DNA of 64,000 nt from Acidimicrobiia bacterium. Its GTDB lineage: Bacteria > Actinomycetota > Acidimicrobiia > IMCC26256 > JAMXLJ01. The notes below the pieces were generated by a model. That model searched no databases, was not told the DNA's origin, and saw only the letters and a program-made list of their open reading frames with translations. Both the position numbers and the translations under genes were made by a program. This document shows, in pieces, positions 8,693 through 18,406 of the stretch (its first letter is position 1; every line of letters starts with the position of its first letter). The DNA is taken from contig DATBEZ010000038.1 in NCBI GenBank assembly GCA_036558745.1, positions 1,212 to 65,211 of the forward strand, written 5' to 3'.

Positions 8693-8871
8693 TTTGCGCC
8701 GCCCCGGAGTCGGAGCGCAGCGAGCGGGACTGTTGGCAAGCGGCGCCCTGCCAACAGCGGAGCGGGCTGCTCGACGCGTCCGGCCCGAGGCCCCTCGGCC
8801 GGTTGAGGATGCCGGTAGAACGGAGCTACTGCGGGGTAGGTTCTGGGCCGTTGCGCACTGGGGGGTGTCGG

Positions 8872-10155
8872 ATGAGAAGGACGGCAGCGCGTCCGAGGAC
8901 CGCGGTCCTCGCCGTGGTGGCCGTGCTGGCGCTCGCACTGGCATCGTGCCGGGGCGGCAGCACCAACAACTCGAGCAGCAGCAAGGCCTCGGCCGGCGGC
9001 GCGCCCGCCACGACGACGGGCTTCGACGGCAAGACCATCAACGTGGGCGTGATCTCGCCGCAGACCGGTCTGGCCCAGATCATCGGCGTGGCCCTCACCG
9101 ACGGGAACCGGGTCTACTTCGACGCGCTCAACGCCAAGGGCGGGATCGCCGGCAAGTACAAGGTCAACGTCGAGGTCCGCGACAGCCAGTACAACTCGAA
9201 CATCGCGCAGCAGAACTACTCCGACCTGCGCGACAAGGTCGTCATGCTGGCCCAGCTCCTCGGCACCGACGTCACGAACGCGGTGCTGCCCGTCATGCGT
9301 CAGGACAACATGATCGCCTCGCCGGCGACCCTCGACGCCGAGTGGGTGCGCAACGCCAACCTGCTGCCCGTCGCGGGTCCCTACCAGATCGAGGCGATCA
9401 ACGGCCTCGACTACTACGTGAACGAAGGCGGCGGGAAGGGCAAGACCGTCTGCATGATCCGCTCCGACGACCTGTACGGCCAGGCCGGGCAGAACGGCGT
9501 GGAGTTCGCGTCGAAGCACCTCGACTTCAAGCTCGGCAAGATCTTGCAGTTCGGTGCCGCCGAGACCGATCTGTCCGCGCAGCTGCAGCAGGTGAAGTCG
9601 GGCTGCGACGCGGTGTTCCTCGTCGCGCTGCCGACCGCGACGATCCCGCTCATGGGTCAGGCCGCGGCGCAGAACGTCAACGTGCAGTGGATCGGTCAGG
9701 CACCGACGTGGGTGTCGTTGCTCGCGACCGGTGCGACCGCGTCGTACATGAGCCAGCACTTCTGGCTCGCGGCCCAGGGTCCGCAGTGGGGCGACCGGTC
9801 CTCTCCGGGCATGGCCCAGATGCTCGACGACATCGCGAAGTACAAGCCCGACCAGAAGCCCGACATCTACTTCGCGTTCGGCTACGCGCAGGCGCTCACC
9901 GTCTCGAAGCTGCTCGAGAAGGCGGTGTCGCTCGGTGACCTCAGCCGGGCCGGGATCATGAAGGCGCTGAACGAGCTCGGAACCGTCGACACGCTCGGCC
10001 TCGCCGGCACCTACACCTACGGGCCGCCTGCCGACCGTGTGCCGCCGCGTGCGTCGACGATCTTCGCGGTCGACGCGACCGCGCCGGGCGGGCTCAAGGC
10101 CATCAAGACGAACTTCGAGTCCGACACCGCCAAGCAATTCGTCTTCCCGAAGTAG
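8872..10155 (+). CDS. ABC transporter substrate-binding lipoprotein (Leu/Ile/Val-binding protein family fold)
   Basis: ATG 8872 lies in the frame of track ORF 7537..10155. Has the lipobox LALALASC, then TINVGVISPQTGLAQIIG...YFDALNAKGGIAGKYKV, typical of type-I periplasmic binding proteins. It is separated from the permeases by a 179-nt structured spacer. Confidence 0.85.
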   Translation: MRRTAARPRTAVLAVVAVLALALASCRGGSTNNSSSSKASAGGAPATTTGFDGKTINVGVISPQTGLAQIIGVALTDGNRVYFDALNAKGGIAGKYKVNVEVRDSQYNSNIAQQNYSDLRDKVVMLAQLLGTDVTNAVLPVMRQDNMIASPATLDAEWVRNANLLPVAGPYQIEAINGLDYYVNEGGGKGKTVCMIRSDDLYGQAGQNGVEFASKHLDFKLGKILQFGAAETDLSAQLQQVKSGCDAVFLVALPTATIPLMGQAAAQNVNVQWIGQAPTWVSLLATGATASYMSQHFWLAAQGPQWGDRSSPGMAQMLDDIAKYKPDQKPDIYFAFGYAQALTVSKLLEKAVSLGDLSRAGIMKALNELGTVDTLGLAGTYTYGPPADRVPPRASTIFAVDATAPGGLKAIKTNFESDTAKQFVFPK

Positions 10156-10169
10156 CCCCCAGCACGCTT

Positions 10170-10210
10170 GTGTGGATGTGGGTCACGGTCTTCGTGACTC
10201 ACATCCACAC
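10170..10210. terminator. Hairpin between convergent genes (17-bp stem, 7-nt loop), candidate bidirectional terminator
   Basis: GTGTGGATGTGGGTCAC-GGTCTTC-GTGACTCACATCCACAC with one G/A mismatch. It lies between the SBP stop (10155) and the P450 stop (10225). There is no U-tract, as is common in high-GC genomes. Confidence 0.5.
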
Positions 10211-10224
10211 GAAAGCGGTACGGG

Positions 10225-11430
10225 CTACGCCGCGGTGAGGCGGACGGGGAGCGACTTCAGCGCGTTGTTGAGGTTCGAACGCGTGCGGACCGGCTCGCCC
10301 GTGAGCTCGATCGTGGGGAACGCGCGCAGCAGCTCCTCGAAGAACACGCGGCCCTCGAGCCGCGCGAGGTGCACGCCGAGGCAGAAGTGCTCGGCGATCC
10401 CGAACGACAGGTGCGGGTTCGGGTTGCGGCGGATGTCGAAGCGGTGCCGGTCCGCGAAGACGTCGGGATCGCGGTTCGCGGCCGTGTAGTACATCGCGAC
10501 CTTGTCACCCGCGGCGATGGCCTGGTCCCGCAGCTCGGTATCGGCGGTCGCGGTACGCCGGAAGTAGTGCAGCGGGTTGGCGAAGCGAAGGATCTCCTCG
10601 ACGGCTGACCCGACGAGCGCGGGGTCGTCACGCAGCTGCGCCATCTGGTCGGGATGTTGGAGCAGCGCGAGCAGACCCGACGACAGCATCGTCTTCGTGG
10701 TGTCGTTCCCAGCCGTGACGAGCTGCACGAAGAAGCTGCCGAAGTCGATGTCGGTCATGTGCGTGCCGCCGAAGTCCGACTCGAGGATCAGCGTGGTCAG
10801 GTCCTCGCGGGGCTCCTCCTGGCGGCGGCGCATCGCGAAGCCGATCGCGTACATCGCCATCTCGGCCGACGCGTCACCGGCACCCGCGGACTCGATGTCG
10901 GGGTCCTGGCTGCTCGTGTTGCGCTCCGCCAGCGCGTTGATGGTGGGCCAGTCCTCGCGCGGCAGCCCCATCAGCTCGCCGATGACGCGTGAGGGCAGGC
11001 CGGACGTGACGTCGTGCACGAACTCGACGTCGCGCTTTTCCGCGGCGTTCGCCATGAGCTCTCGGCAGATGTCGCGGATCTGGTCGCCGAGGCGCGCGAT
11101 CACCCGTTGCTTGAAGCTCGGAGCGAGCGGTCGCCGGTAGTCGGTGTGTCGCGGCGGATCCATGGCCAGCAACATGTCCCGCATCATCGCCAGGCGCGCG
11201 GGCTCGAGGTTCTCGAGCACGACGCCGCCCTCGCTCGCGGAGAACAGTCGCGGCTCGCGCGCGACGTGGACCACGTCGGCGTGCTTGAGCACCGCCCAGT
11301 ACCCGGGCTCGTCCGGCATGTCCTGCCAGAACACGGGCCGGGTCCGGCGCAGCTCGTCGAAGAGCTCGTGCGGCGGGCCCTCCACGTACGCGTCGGGGCT
11401 GTAGATGTCGATGTGAGTGGCGGTGCTCAT
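10225..11430 (-). CDS. Cytochrome P450 (CYP124/125/142-like lipid/sterol omega-hydroxylase type)
   Basis: Track ORF. Has the I-helix LVTAGNDTT, EEILRF (ExxR) and the heme loop HLSFGIAEHFCLGVHLAR. Confidence 0.9.
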   Translation of the reverse strand: MSTATHIDIYSPDAYVEGPPHELFDELRRTRPVFWQDMPDEPGYWAVLKHADVVHVAREPRLFSASEGGVVLENLEPARLAMMRDMLLAMDPPRHTDYRRPLAPSFKQRVIARLGDQIRDICRELMANAAEKRDVEFVHDVTSGLPSRVIGELMGLPREDWPTINALAERNTSSQDPDIESAGAGDASAEMAMYAIGFAMRRRQEEPREDLTTLILESDFGGTHMTDIDFGSFFVQLVTAGNDTTKTMLSSGLLALLQHPDQMAQLRDDPALVGSAVEEILRFANPLHYFRRTATADTELRDQAIAAGDKVAMYYTAANRDPDVFADRHRFDIRRNPNPHLSFGIAEHFCLGVHLARLEGRVFFEELLRAFPTIELTGEPVRTRSNLNNALKSLPVRLTAA

Positions 11431-11560
11431 GGGTCGCTCTCGCTCCCGCTCGAGTGGGCTACGCCCAGCGGAGCTCCGCTTCGCTCCGTGCTCATGGGTC
11501 GCTCTCGCTCCCGCTCGAGTGGGCTACGTCCAGCGGAGCTCCGCTTCGCTCCGTGCTCAT
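11423..11560. repeat. Tandem duplication, 65-bp unit x 2 plus the first 8 nt of a third, overlapping the P450 start codon
   Basis: Units 11423-11487 and 11488-11552 differ at one base (C/T at 11464/11529). GTGCTCAT recurs at 11553-11560. Each unit carries the perfect 12-bp palindrome GCGGAGCTCCGC (11468-11479, 11533-11544). Confidence 0.9.
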
Positions 11561-11622
11561 CGGAGTTCACCGTACTGTCTGCGGCGATCTGTCGAAATCC
11601 CCGCCGACCCGGAGCATCCGCA

Positions 11623-12417
11623 ATGGACAACGTCCTGCTCGAAGCCGTCGACCCGCACGTCACGCTCGTGACGCTCAACCGTCCCGACCGGCTCAACGCG
11701 CTGAACTACGAGCTCGCCGCCGACCTGCACGACGCGCTCGACCGGATCGGCGCCGACCGCGACTGCAAGGTCGTCATCCTCACCGGCGCGGGTCGCGGCT
11801 TCTGCGCCGGTCTCGACCTCAAGGACTGGGGGACGCCGCCCGGCGCGGGCGAGCACGCGCACTCCCCCGTCGGCGTCGGCGGCCAGGAGTTCCTCGCCAA
11901 CCTGACCGTGCACCTGCGCGCGACGCCGCAGATCGTCATCGCGGCCGTGAACGGTCCCGCGTTCGGCGGCGGGCTGTCGCTCGCGTGCGCGACCGACGTC
12001 CGCATCGCGGCAACGTCGGCGCGGTTCTGCTCCGCGTACATCCGTACCGGGCTTTCGGGCACCGACATCGGCATCACCTACCTGCTGCCGCGCATCGTCG
12101 GAGCCGGCTACGCGTTCGACATGATCGTCAGCGGACGCGAGGTCGACGCGACGACGGCCGAACGCATCGGTCTCGCCACCCGGTTGTCCGCCGACGGGTC
12201 CCTGCTCGACGACGCGCGCGAGCTGGCCCGCACGATCGCGGGCTACACCACGACCGGGCTGCTGCTCACCAAGGAGGTGATGTGGCACAACCTCGACAAC
12301 CCGAGCATGACCGCCGCGATCGCGCTCGAGAACCGCAACCAGAACCTCGCGAGCCGCACGCCCGAGGTGCAGGAGCACATGGAGCAATACATGGCGCCCC
12401 GCCGCGCGAAGGACTGA
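11623..12417 (+). CDS. Enoyl-CoA hydratase/isomerase (crotonase) family protein
   Basis: ATG 11623 in the frame of track ORF 11014..12417. Has LTGAGRGFCAGLDL and AAVNGPAFGGGLSLACATD oxyanion-hole motifs. Confidence 0.9.
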   Translation: MDNVLLEAVDPHVTLVTLNRPDRLNALNYELAADLHDALDRIGADRDCKVVILTGAGRGFCAGLDLKDWGTPPGAGEHAHSPVGVGGQEFLANLTVHLRATPQIVIAAVNGPAFGGGLSLACATDVRIAATSARFCSAYIRTGLSGTDIGITYLLPRIVGAGYAFDMIVSGREVDATTAERIGLATRLSADGSLLDDARELARTIAGYTTTGLLLTKEVMWHNLDNPSMTAAIALENRNQNLASRTPEVQEHMEQYMAPRRAKD

Positions 12418-12424
12418 GGGGCGC

Positions 12425-12712
12425 CTACCTCACAACGTGGAATTCCACGCGGTAGACGAGGGTGTCGTCGTGGATCGGGCCGGCGTGTGCCGCGCGACGA
12501 CGGAGAGCCTCGAGGTCTGCTTCACCGGCAAGGGCGAGATCGTCGTCGGTGATCGACGAGAACGGCACCAGGTCCAGCTCGTCGATCTCGATCATCACCG
12601 ACCCGCTCCGGTAGACACCCCCGGCCTTGACCTGTGGTCTCGACCAGAGGCGGTAGGAGACGGTGATGGCTCCGTCCGCGACCCGGTCGCGAAGGTCGGC
12701 GCTGAACTGCAC
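12425..12712 (-). CDS. ASCH-domain-like small protein
   Basis: C-terminal 95 codons of track ORF 12425..13768(-), starting at GTG 12712. Reads VQFSADLRDRVADGAITVSYRLWSRPQVKAGGVY...TLVYRVEFHVV, the ASCH pattern. The rest of the track ORF is noise overlapping the plus-strand gene. Confidence 0.6.
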   Translation of the reverse strand: MQFSADLRDRVADGAITVSYRLWSRPQVKAGGVYRSGSVMIEIDELDLVPFSSITDDDLALAGEADLEALRRRAAHAGPIHDDTLVYRVEFHVVR

Positions 12713-12793
12713 GCCGCAATTGTGACGCACGGCAGCGAGCCGGGAGGTCGGCGCTCGCGCACCCGCGCCGGCGGTCCGGTGCAGACTGCAGCC

Positions 12794-13279
12794 ATGGCTT
12801 CCTGGTCCGACGTCGTCCGTGCCGCTCCCGAGCTCGCCCGTCTCGTCCACGCGCGCTTCCAGGCCACCGGCCTCGGCCTCCTCGCGACGGTACGGCGCGA
12901 CGGCGCGCCGCGCATCAGCGGCATCGAGCCGCTGTTCGCGTCCGGCGAGCTGTGGCTGGGGTCGATGCCCGAGGCCCGCAAGGGCGCGGACCTGCGCCGC
13001 GACCCGCGCTTCGCGCTCCACAGCGCGACCACCGACAAGGACGTGACCGACGGCGACGCCAAGGTCTCCGGCCGCGCCGTGCTCATCGACGACCTCGCCA
13101 CGACCGAGCGATTCGTCGACGCGTTCCGGACCGAGACGGGACGGGCGCCCGATCCGGGAACGTTCGACCTGTTCCGGGCGGAGGTGACCGCCGTGTCGAT
13201 GCTGCGTCCCGCGGGCGACCACCTCGACATCGACTGGTGGGACGAGGCGACGGGCGTGCACCACGTCGACCGCTCCTGA
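12794..13279 (+). CDS. Pyridoxamine 5'-phosphate oxidase-like (split-barrel flavin/F420-binding) protein
   Basis: ATG 12794 in the frame of ORF 12437..13279. Reads LLATVRRDGAPRISGIEPLF..GELWLGSMPEARKGADLRRDPRFALHS, typical of the PNPOx-like family. Confidence 0.75.
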   Translation: MASWSDVVRAAPELARLVHARFQATGLGLLATVRRDGAPRISGIEPLFASGELWLGSMPEARKGADLRRDPRFALHSATTDKDVTDGDAKVSGRAVLIDDLATTERFVDAFRTETGRAPDPGTFDLFRAEVTAVSMLRPAGDHLDIDWWDEATGVHHVDRS

Positions 13280-13445
13280 ATCCTTTGTCGCCGCCGACGG
13301 ATGCCGAGCGGCGCGAGCTGCGCGGTCGTCAGGGCGGCCCCCACCAACAGCTCGGTCCGCCGGTCGACGCGCCCTGGCCGCGGACGGATTCCGGGATCGC
13401 GGCCGCGTCGGTACCCTGGCGAGAGAGCCGAGCGCCGGGGGGACC

Positions 13446-14633
13446 ATGAGCGCAGCGCCGACATCGAGTCCGTTCGCCGACCTGCGGGTGGTCGACGCCG
13501 ACACGCACCTCACCGAGCCCCACGACCTCTGGACCGCGCGGGCGCCCCGCACGTTTGCCGAGCGCGTCCCCAGCGTGGAGATCATCGACGGCGTCGAGAC
13601 GTGGCTCGTCGACGGCGTCGTCCTGAGCCGGGCCAGCGCCTCGAGCGTCGTGCGCAGAGACGGCGAGCGGTGCCGCGGCAGCGAGTTCATCCGCTGGGTG
13701 TTCGACGACGCGCACCCGGCCGCGTACGACGTGCCGACCCGCCTCGACGTCATGGACGAGCTCGGCATCTGGGCCCAGGTCGTCTACCCGAACGTCGCCG
13801 GCTTCGGCGGGCAGCGCTTCGCGGACGTGCGCGACGACGCGCTGCGTCTGCTGTGCGTCACCATCTACAACGACGCGATGGCGGAGATGCAGGAGCGCTC
13901 CGGCGGACGGCTGTTCCCGATGGGCCTCCTTCCGTGGTGGGACATCGACGCGTCGGTCGCGGAGACGGTACGCATCGCGGAGCTCGGCCTGCGCGGCGTC
14001 AACACGACGAGCGACCCGCAGCTGCACGGTCTCCCCGACCTGGCCGAGCGCGCGTGGGACCCGCTGTGGGAGGTGTGCAGCGACCTCGCGCTGCCGGTGC
14101 ACTTCCACATCGGCGCGAGCGAGACCAGCTTCAGCTGGTTCGGGACGTCACCGTGGCCGTCGTACCACGGCGATCAGAAGCTCGCGATCGGCTCGGCGAT
14201 GATGTACCTGACCAACGCGCGCGTCCTCGCCAACATCATCTACTCGGGGATCCTCGAGCGCTTCCCTGCCTTGAACGTCGTGTCGGTGGAGAGCGGGATC
14301 GGCTGGATCCCGTTCGTGCTCGAGGCGCTCGACCACCAGATCGACGAGACCGCGCCGGGGACGATGGACTACCTGTCGATGCGGCCGTCCGACTACTTCC
14401 GCCGTCAGATGTACGCGTGCTACTGGTTCGAGCAGACCGACGTGGCGCACACGCTCGAGCAGCTCGGCGTCGACAACGTGCTGTTCGAGACCGATTTCCC
14501 GCATCCCACGTGCCTCTATCCCGACAGTCTGTCGCACGCGGCGAAGGGGCTCGCGGGTGTCGCGCCCGATGTGGCGCGCAAGGTACTCCAGGACAACGCC
14601 GCGAACTTGTACCGGATACCGTTGCCCGCGTGA
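13446..14633 (+). CDS. Amidohydrolase-2 (ACMSD/metal-dependent hydrolase or decarboxylase) family protein
   Basis: Track ORF. Has VVDADTHLTEP, the HFHIG metal ligand and the FETDFPHP terminal motif. Confidence 0.85.
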   Translation: MSAAPTSSPFADLRVVDADTHLTEPHDLWTARAPRTFAERVPSVEIIDGVETWLVDGVVLSRASASSVVRRDGERCRGSEFIRWVFDDAHPAAYDVPTRLDVMDELGIWAQVVYPNVAGFGGQRFADVRDDALRLLCVTIYNDAMAEMQERSGGRLFPMGLLPWWDIDASVAETVRIAELGLRGVNTTSDPQLHGLPDLAERAWDPLWEVCSDLALPVHFHIGASETSFSWFGTSPWPSYHGDQKLAIGSAMMYLTNARVLANIIYSGILERFPALNVVSVESGIGWIPFVLEALDHQIDETAPGTMDYLSMRPSDYFRRQMYACYWFEQTDVAHTLEQLGVDNVLFETDFPHPTCLYPDSLSHAAKGLAGVAPDVARKVLQDNAANLYRIPLPA

Positions 14634-15394
14634 CGGTTGCTGACGCACGATTCACCGGAAAGGCCGCGCTGCTGACGGGTGCGGCGAGTGGCATCGGGCG
14701 CGCGGTCGCATTGCGCCTCGCGGGCGAGGGCGCGCACGTGTTCGCGTTCGACATCGACGCGAAGGGCCTCGAGGAGACACGCCGGCTCGCGTCGGAGGCG
14801 GGCGCGTCGTTGCAGTTCCTCGAGGGGGACGTGAGCGATCCCGCCCAGTGCCGAGGCGCGGTGCACGACTGCGTCAACGCGTTCGGCCGTCTCGACGTGC
14901 TCGGCAACATCGCCGGGATCGCCCGGGCCGAGCACTTCGTCGACGTGCCGGAGGAGCAGTACCGGCGCATGATGGGCGTCAACGTCGACGGTTATGTGTG
15001 GATGTGCCAGGCCGCGATCCCGCATCTGCTCGAGACCGGCGGGAACATCGTCAACATCGCGTCGAACGCAGGACTGATGGGGCAGGCGTACACGGTCGTC
15101 TATTGCATGACCAAGGGCGCGGTCGTGCAGCTCACCCGCTCCCTCGCGATGGAGTACGTGAAGACACCGCTGCGGGTGAACGCGCTCGCCCCCGGCGGCA
15201 TCGAGACCAACCTGTCGGCGAGCTTCCAGATCCCCGCCGACGTCGACTTCGGCCTCATGGCCCGCTACACCGGGTTCCGGGCCATGGGTCACCCCGACGA
15301 CGTCGCCGCGCTGTTCGCGCTCGTCGCGTCCGACGAGGGCGCCAACATCCACGGCGCGATCCTCTCCACCGACGCCGGCATCACCGCCGGCTGA
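14630..15394 (+). CDS. Short-chain dehydrogenase/reductase (SDR)
   Basis: GTG 14630 in a GTGA overlap with the upstream stop. Has TGAASGIGRA, NIAG and SNAG...YCMTKGAV (S-Y-K triad). Confidence 0.9.
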   Translation: MTVADARFTGKAALLTGAASGIGRAVALRLAGEGAHVFAFDIDAKGLEETRRLASEAGASLQFLEGDVSDPAQCRGAVHDCVNAFGRLDVLGNIAGIARAEHFVDVPEEQYRRMMGVNVDGYVWMCQAAIPHLLETGGNIVNIASNAGLMGQAYTVVYCMTKGAVVQLTRSLAMEYVKTPLRVNALAPGGIETNLSASFQIPADVDFGLMARYTGFRAMGHPDDVAALFALVASDEGANIHGAILSTDAGITAG

Positions 15395-15452
15395 CCGCCC
15401 CCGATCTCGATGCAATGAAACATCCCGGGGGTCGGGCATCGAGGGTGGCACG

Positions 15453-15920
15453 ATGGCGGAGATGGCGACGCTCAAGGAGCAGGTGCAGCGCGATCTGACC
15501 GACGCGATGCGTGGGCGCGACGAGGTCGCGGTCGCGACGCTGCGCATGCTGCTCGCAGCCGTCACCAAGGCCGAGGTCGCCGGCAAGACCCAGGTGACCC
15601 TCGACGACGCCGCGGTGCAGGGCATCGTGCGCACCGAGATCCGCAGGCGCGGCGAGGCGGCCGAGCTCTACGAGCAGGGTGGTCGTGACGAGCTCGCGAC
15701 GCGCGAGCGCGCCGAGGCCGACGTCCTCACCCGCTACCTGCCACCCGAGCTCTCCGACGAGGAGCTGACCGCGATCGTCGACGAGGAGGTCGCGCGCTCG
15801 GGCGCCGAGGGACCGAAGGCGATGGGCCAGGTCGTGAAGGCCGTGCGCGAGCGCGTCGGCGCGGCGGCCGACGGCGCCCGGATCGCGGCGACGGTCAAGG
15901 CCGCGCTCGGCCTCGGCTGA
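15453..15920 (+). CDS. GatB/YqeY domain protein
   Basis: Track ORF. Reads [31 protein letters not shown]...[17 protein letters not shown]...[12 protein letters not shown]. Confidence 0.8.
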   Translation: MAEMATLKEQVQRDLTDAMRGRDEVAVATLRMLLAAVTKAEVAGKTQVTLDDAAVQGIVRTEIRRRGEAAELYEQGGRDELATRERAEADVLTRYLPPELSDEELTAIVDEEVARSGAEGPKAMGQVVKAVRERVGAAADGARIAATVKAALGLG

Positions 15921-16003
15921 GGACGCCGCGGCAGGAACTTTCGTCCCCCCGCGCGGGACCATCGGCCCTGGGTGCGCGACGGGGCCGGGCGGACACTGGA
16001 CCG

Positions 16004-18355
16004 ATGGCGCGGATCCGGCGCTCGTCGAAGACGGCGTTCCTGGTCGCGGCCACGGTCGGGCTGGGCCTGGGCGCCGTGCTCCACCTCCTCGGAGCCGGCG
16101 GCCCCGCGCACGCGCTGTGGGCCGCGACCACTGTGCTCGGCGTGGTGCCCGCGTCGTGGTGGGTGTTCGACGCCGCGCGCCACCGGCGCCTCGGCGTCGA
16201 CGTCATGGCCGTGCTCGCGCTCGTCGGAACGCTGCTGACGGGCGAGTACCTCGCCGGCGCGGTCGTCACCGTCATGCTCGCCAGTGGCCGCACGTTGGAA
16301 GCGCGGGCCTCGGCACGCGCCCGCAAGGAGCTGCGCGCCCTCGTCGACCGCGCGCCGCACACCGCCAACCGCCTCCTCGACGACGGCACCGTCGACACCG
16401 TTCCCATGGACCGGATCGCGCGAGGCGACCTGGTGCTCGTGAAGCCGGGTGAGGTGGTCCCGGTCGACGGCATGGTGGAACGCGCCGGCGCGATGGTCGA
16501 CGAGAGCGCGCTGACCGGCGAACCCCTGCCCGTCGAGCGCGCGGTCGGCGACGTGGTGCGCAGCGGCACGGTGAACGCCGGCGGCCCGTTCGCGCTCCGC
16601 GCGACGACGTCGGCCGGCGAGAGCACCTACGCGGGGATCGTGCGCCTGGTCGCAGACGCCCAGGCCGCGAGCGCGCCGTTCGTCCGTCTCGCCGACCGGT
16701 ACGCGGGCGCGTTCCTTGTCGTGAGCCTCGCGCTCGCAGGCGTCGCGTGGGCCGCGTCGGGAGAGCTCGTTCGCGCGGTCGCGGTCCTCGTCGTCGCGAC
16801 ACCGTGCCCGCTCATCCTCGCCGCCCCCGTCGCCATCGTCTCCGGCCTGTCGCGCGCGGCGCGCCGCGGCGTCGTCGTGAAGGGTGGCGGCGCCCTCGAG
16901 CAGCTCGCGCGCAGCACGATCCTCCTCTTCGACAAGACCGGCACGCTCACCACGGGCCGGCCCGCGGTGGTCGACATCGTCACGACGGGCGGGACCGCGC
17001 CGGACGAGGTGCTGCGGCTGGCCGCGTCGGTCGACCAGGTCTCGCCGCACGTGCTCGCGGCCGCGGTGGTGCGCGCGGCGCGCGCCCGGGCGCTCGAGCT
17101 CGTGCTCCCCACCGACGTCGAGGAGGTCACCGGCCACGGCGTGCGCGGGACGGTCGAGGGTCACGTGGTGCGGGTCGGGAAGGCGGGATGGATCGCGAGC
17201 CTGCCGAACGCGCGCTGGGTGCGCGGCGTGCGGCGCCGGGCCGACCTCGACGGGTCGATGACCGTGTTCGTCGAGATCGACGGCACCGTCGCTGCCGCGC
17301 TGCTGGTCGCGGACCCGATCCGTGCCGACGCGACGCGCACGATCCGGCGCCTGCGCCGCGACGGCATCCGGCGCGTCGTCATGGTGACCGGAGACCGCGA
17401 GGAGACCGCCCAGACCGTCGGCTCGGTGATCGGCGTCGACGAGGTGCTCGCCGAACGCACGCCGGCCGAGAAGGTCGACGCCGTGCTTCTCGAGCAGCGC
17501 AGCGGCCCGACGATCATGGTGGGCGACGGCATCAACGACGCACCCGCGCTCGCCCTCGCCGACGTCGGCGTCGCGGTCGGGGCGCGCGGCTCGACCGCGT
17601 CGTCGGAGGCCGCCGACGTCGTGCTCACGGTCGACCGCCTCGAGCGGCTCGGCGAGGCGCTCGTCGTCGCGCGCCGGTCGCGCCGGATCGCGCACCAGAG
17701 CGTGGTGGCCGGTATCGGCATGTCGCTCGTCGCGATGATCGCCGCCGCGTTCGGGCTGCTGCCGCCCACGTGGGGCGCGGTGCTCCAGGAGGTCATCGAC
17801 GTCGCGGTGATCCTCAACGCGCTCCGTGCCCTGCGCGACGGAACGCGCATCGCCCGTCTCGACGAGGAAGAGGCCGCGCTGACGCGTCGCTTCAGCGCGG
17901 AGCACCGCGTGCTGCGCCCCGACATCTCGCGCATCCGCACGGTGGCCGACGCCCTCGGCACGGTGCCGCCGAGCGATGCGCTCGCCATGGTGCGTGAGGT
18001 GCACCGCTTCCTCGTGGAGGACGTCGGTCCGCACGAGGCGGCCGAGGACGCAACGCTCTACCCGATCCTGGCCCGGGTGCTCGGTGGCAACGACCCCACC
18101 GCGACCATGAGCCGGGCCCACGTGGAGATCGCCCACCAGATCCGCCGGCTCGGACGGGTGCTCGACGAGATCGAACCCAGCGGGCTCGACGAGGACGACG
18201 TCCTCGAGCTGCGCCGCGTGCTCTACGGCCTGCACGCCATCCTCGAGCTGCACTTCGCCCAGGAGGAGGAGGGCTACCTCTCGCTCGCCGACGAGGCGCC
18301 CACCGACGAGCCGGGTGACGGCCCCGGGACGGTTCCGACGGCGGTCGCGAGCTGA
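16004..18355 (+). CDS. P1B-type heavy-metal ATPase with TM PCP motif and C-terminal hemerythrin-like domain (P1B-5 subgroup architecture), no N-terminal metal-binding domain
   Basis: Track ORF. Has the TGEP actuator motif, [21 protein letters not shown] and [11 protein letters not shown]. The last ~170 aa carry His/Glu/Asp hemerythrin-type ligand spacing ([16 protein letters not shown]...HVEIAH...HFAQEEE). Confidence 0.88.
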   Translation: MARIRRSSKTAFLVAATVGLGLGAVLHLLGAGGPAHALWAATTVLGVVPASWWVFDAARHRRLGVDVMAVLALVGTLLTGEYLAGAVVTVMLASGRTLEARASARARKELRALVDRAPHTANRLLDDGTVDTVPMDRIARGDLVLVKPGEVVPVDGMVERAGAMVDESALTGEPLPVERAVGDVVRSGTVNAGGPFALRATTSAGESTYAGIVRLVADAQAASAPFVRLADRYAGAFLVVSLALAGVAWAASGELVRAVAVLVVATPCPLILAAPVAIVSGLSRAARRGVVVKGGGALEQLARSTILLFDKTGTLTTGRPAVVDIVTTGGTAPDEVLRLAASVDQVSPHVLAAAVVRAARARALELVLPTDVEEVTGHGVRGTVEGHVVRVGKAGWIASLPNARWVRGVRRRADLDGSMTVFVEIDGTVAAALLVADPIRADATRTIRRLRRDGIRRVVMVTGDREETAQTVGSVIGVDEVLAERTPAEKVDAVLLEQRSGPTIMVGDGINDAPALALADVGVAVGARGSTASSEAADVVLTVDRLERLGEALVVARRSRRIAHQSVVAGIGMSLVAMIAAAFGLLPPTWGAVLQEVIDVAVILNALRALRDGTRIARLDEEEAALTRRFSAEHRVLRPDISRIRTVADALGTVPPSDALAMVREVHRFLVEDVGPHEAAEDATLYPILARVLGGNDPTATMSRAHVEIAHQIRRLGRVLDEIEPSGLDEDDVLELRRVLYGLHAILELHFAQEEEGYLSLADEAPTDEPGDGPGTVPTAVAS

Positions 18356-18406
18356 CCTTCCCGCCGTTTGCCTACAGCGGCCCGCCGAAGCGCCGACCAG
18401 CAACAA

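Noticed and set aside
8730-8757. Hairpin CTGTTGGCA-N10-TGCCAACAG (plus a second imperfect GC hairpin ~8780-8805) in the 179-nt spacer between the permease and SBP genes
   Set aside because: It could be an internal attenuator or an mRNA-stabilising element that sets SBP stoichiometry. I cannot distinguish that from chance GC-rich pairing, and it resembles no known riboswitch.
10271-10279. GGTTCGAAC, a tRNA T-loop-like string
   Set aside because: It lies inside the P450 coding sequence, and no acceptor, D or anticodon stems can be drawn around it. No tRNA or rRNA was found anywhere in the window.
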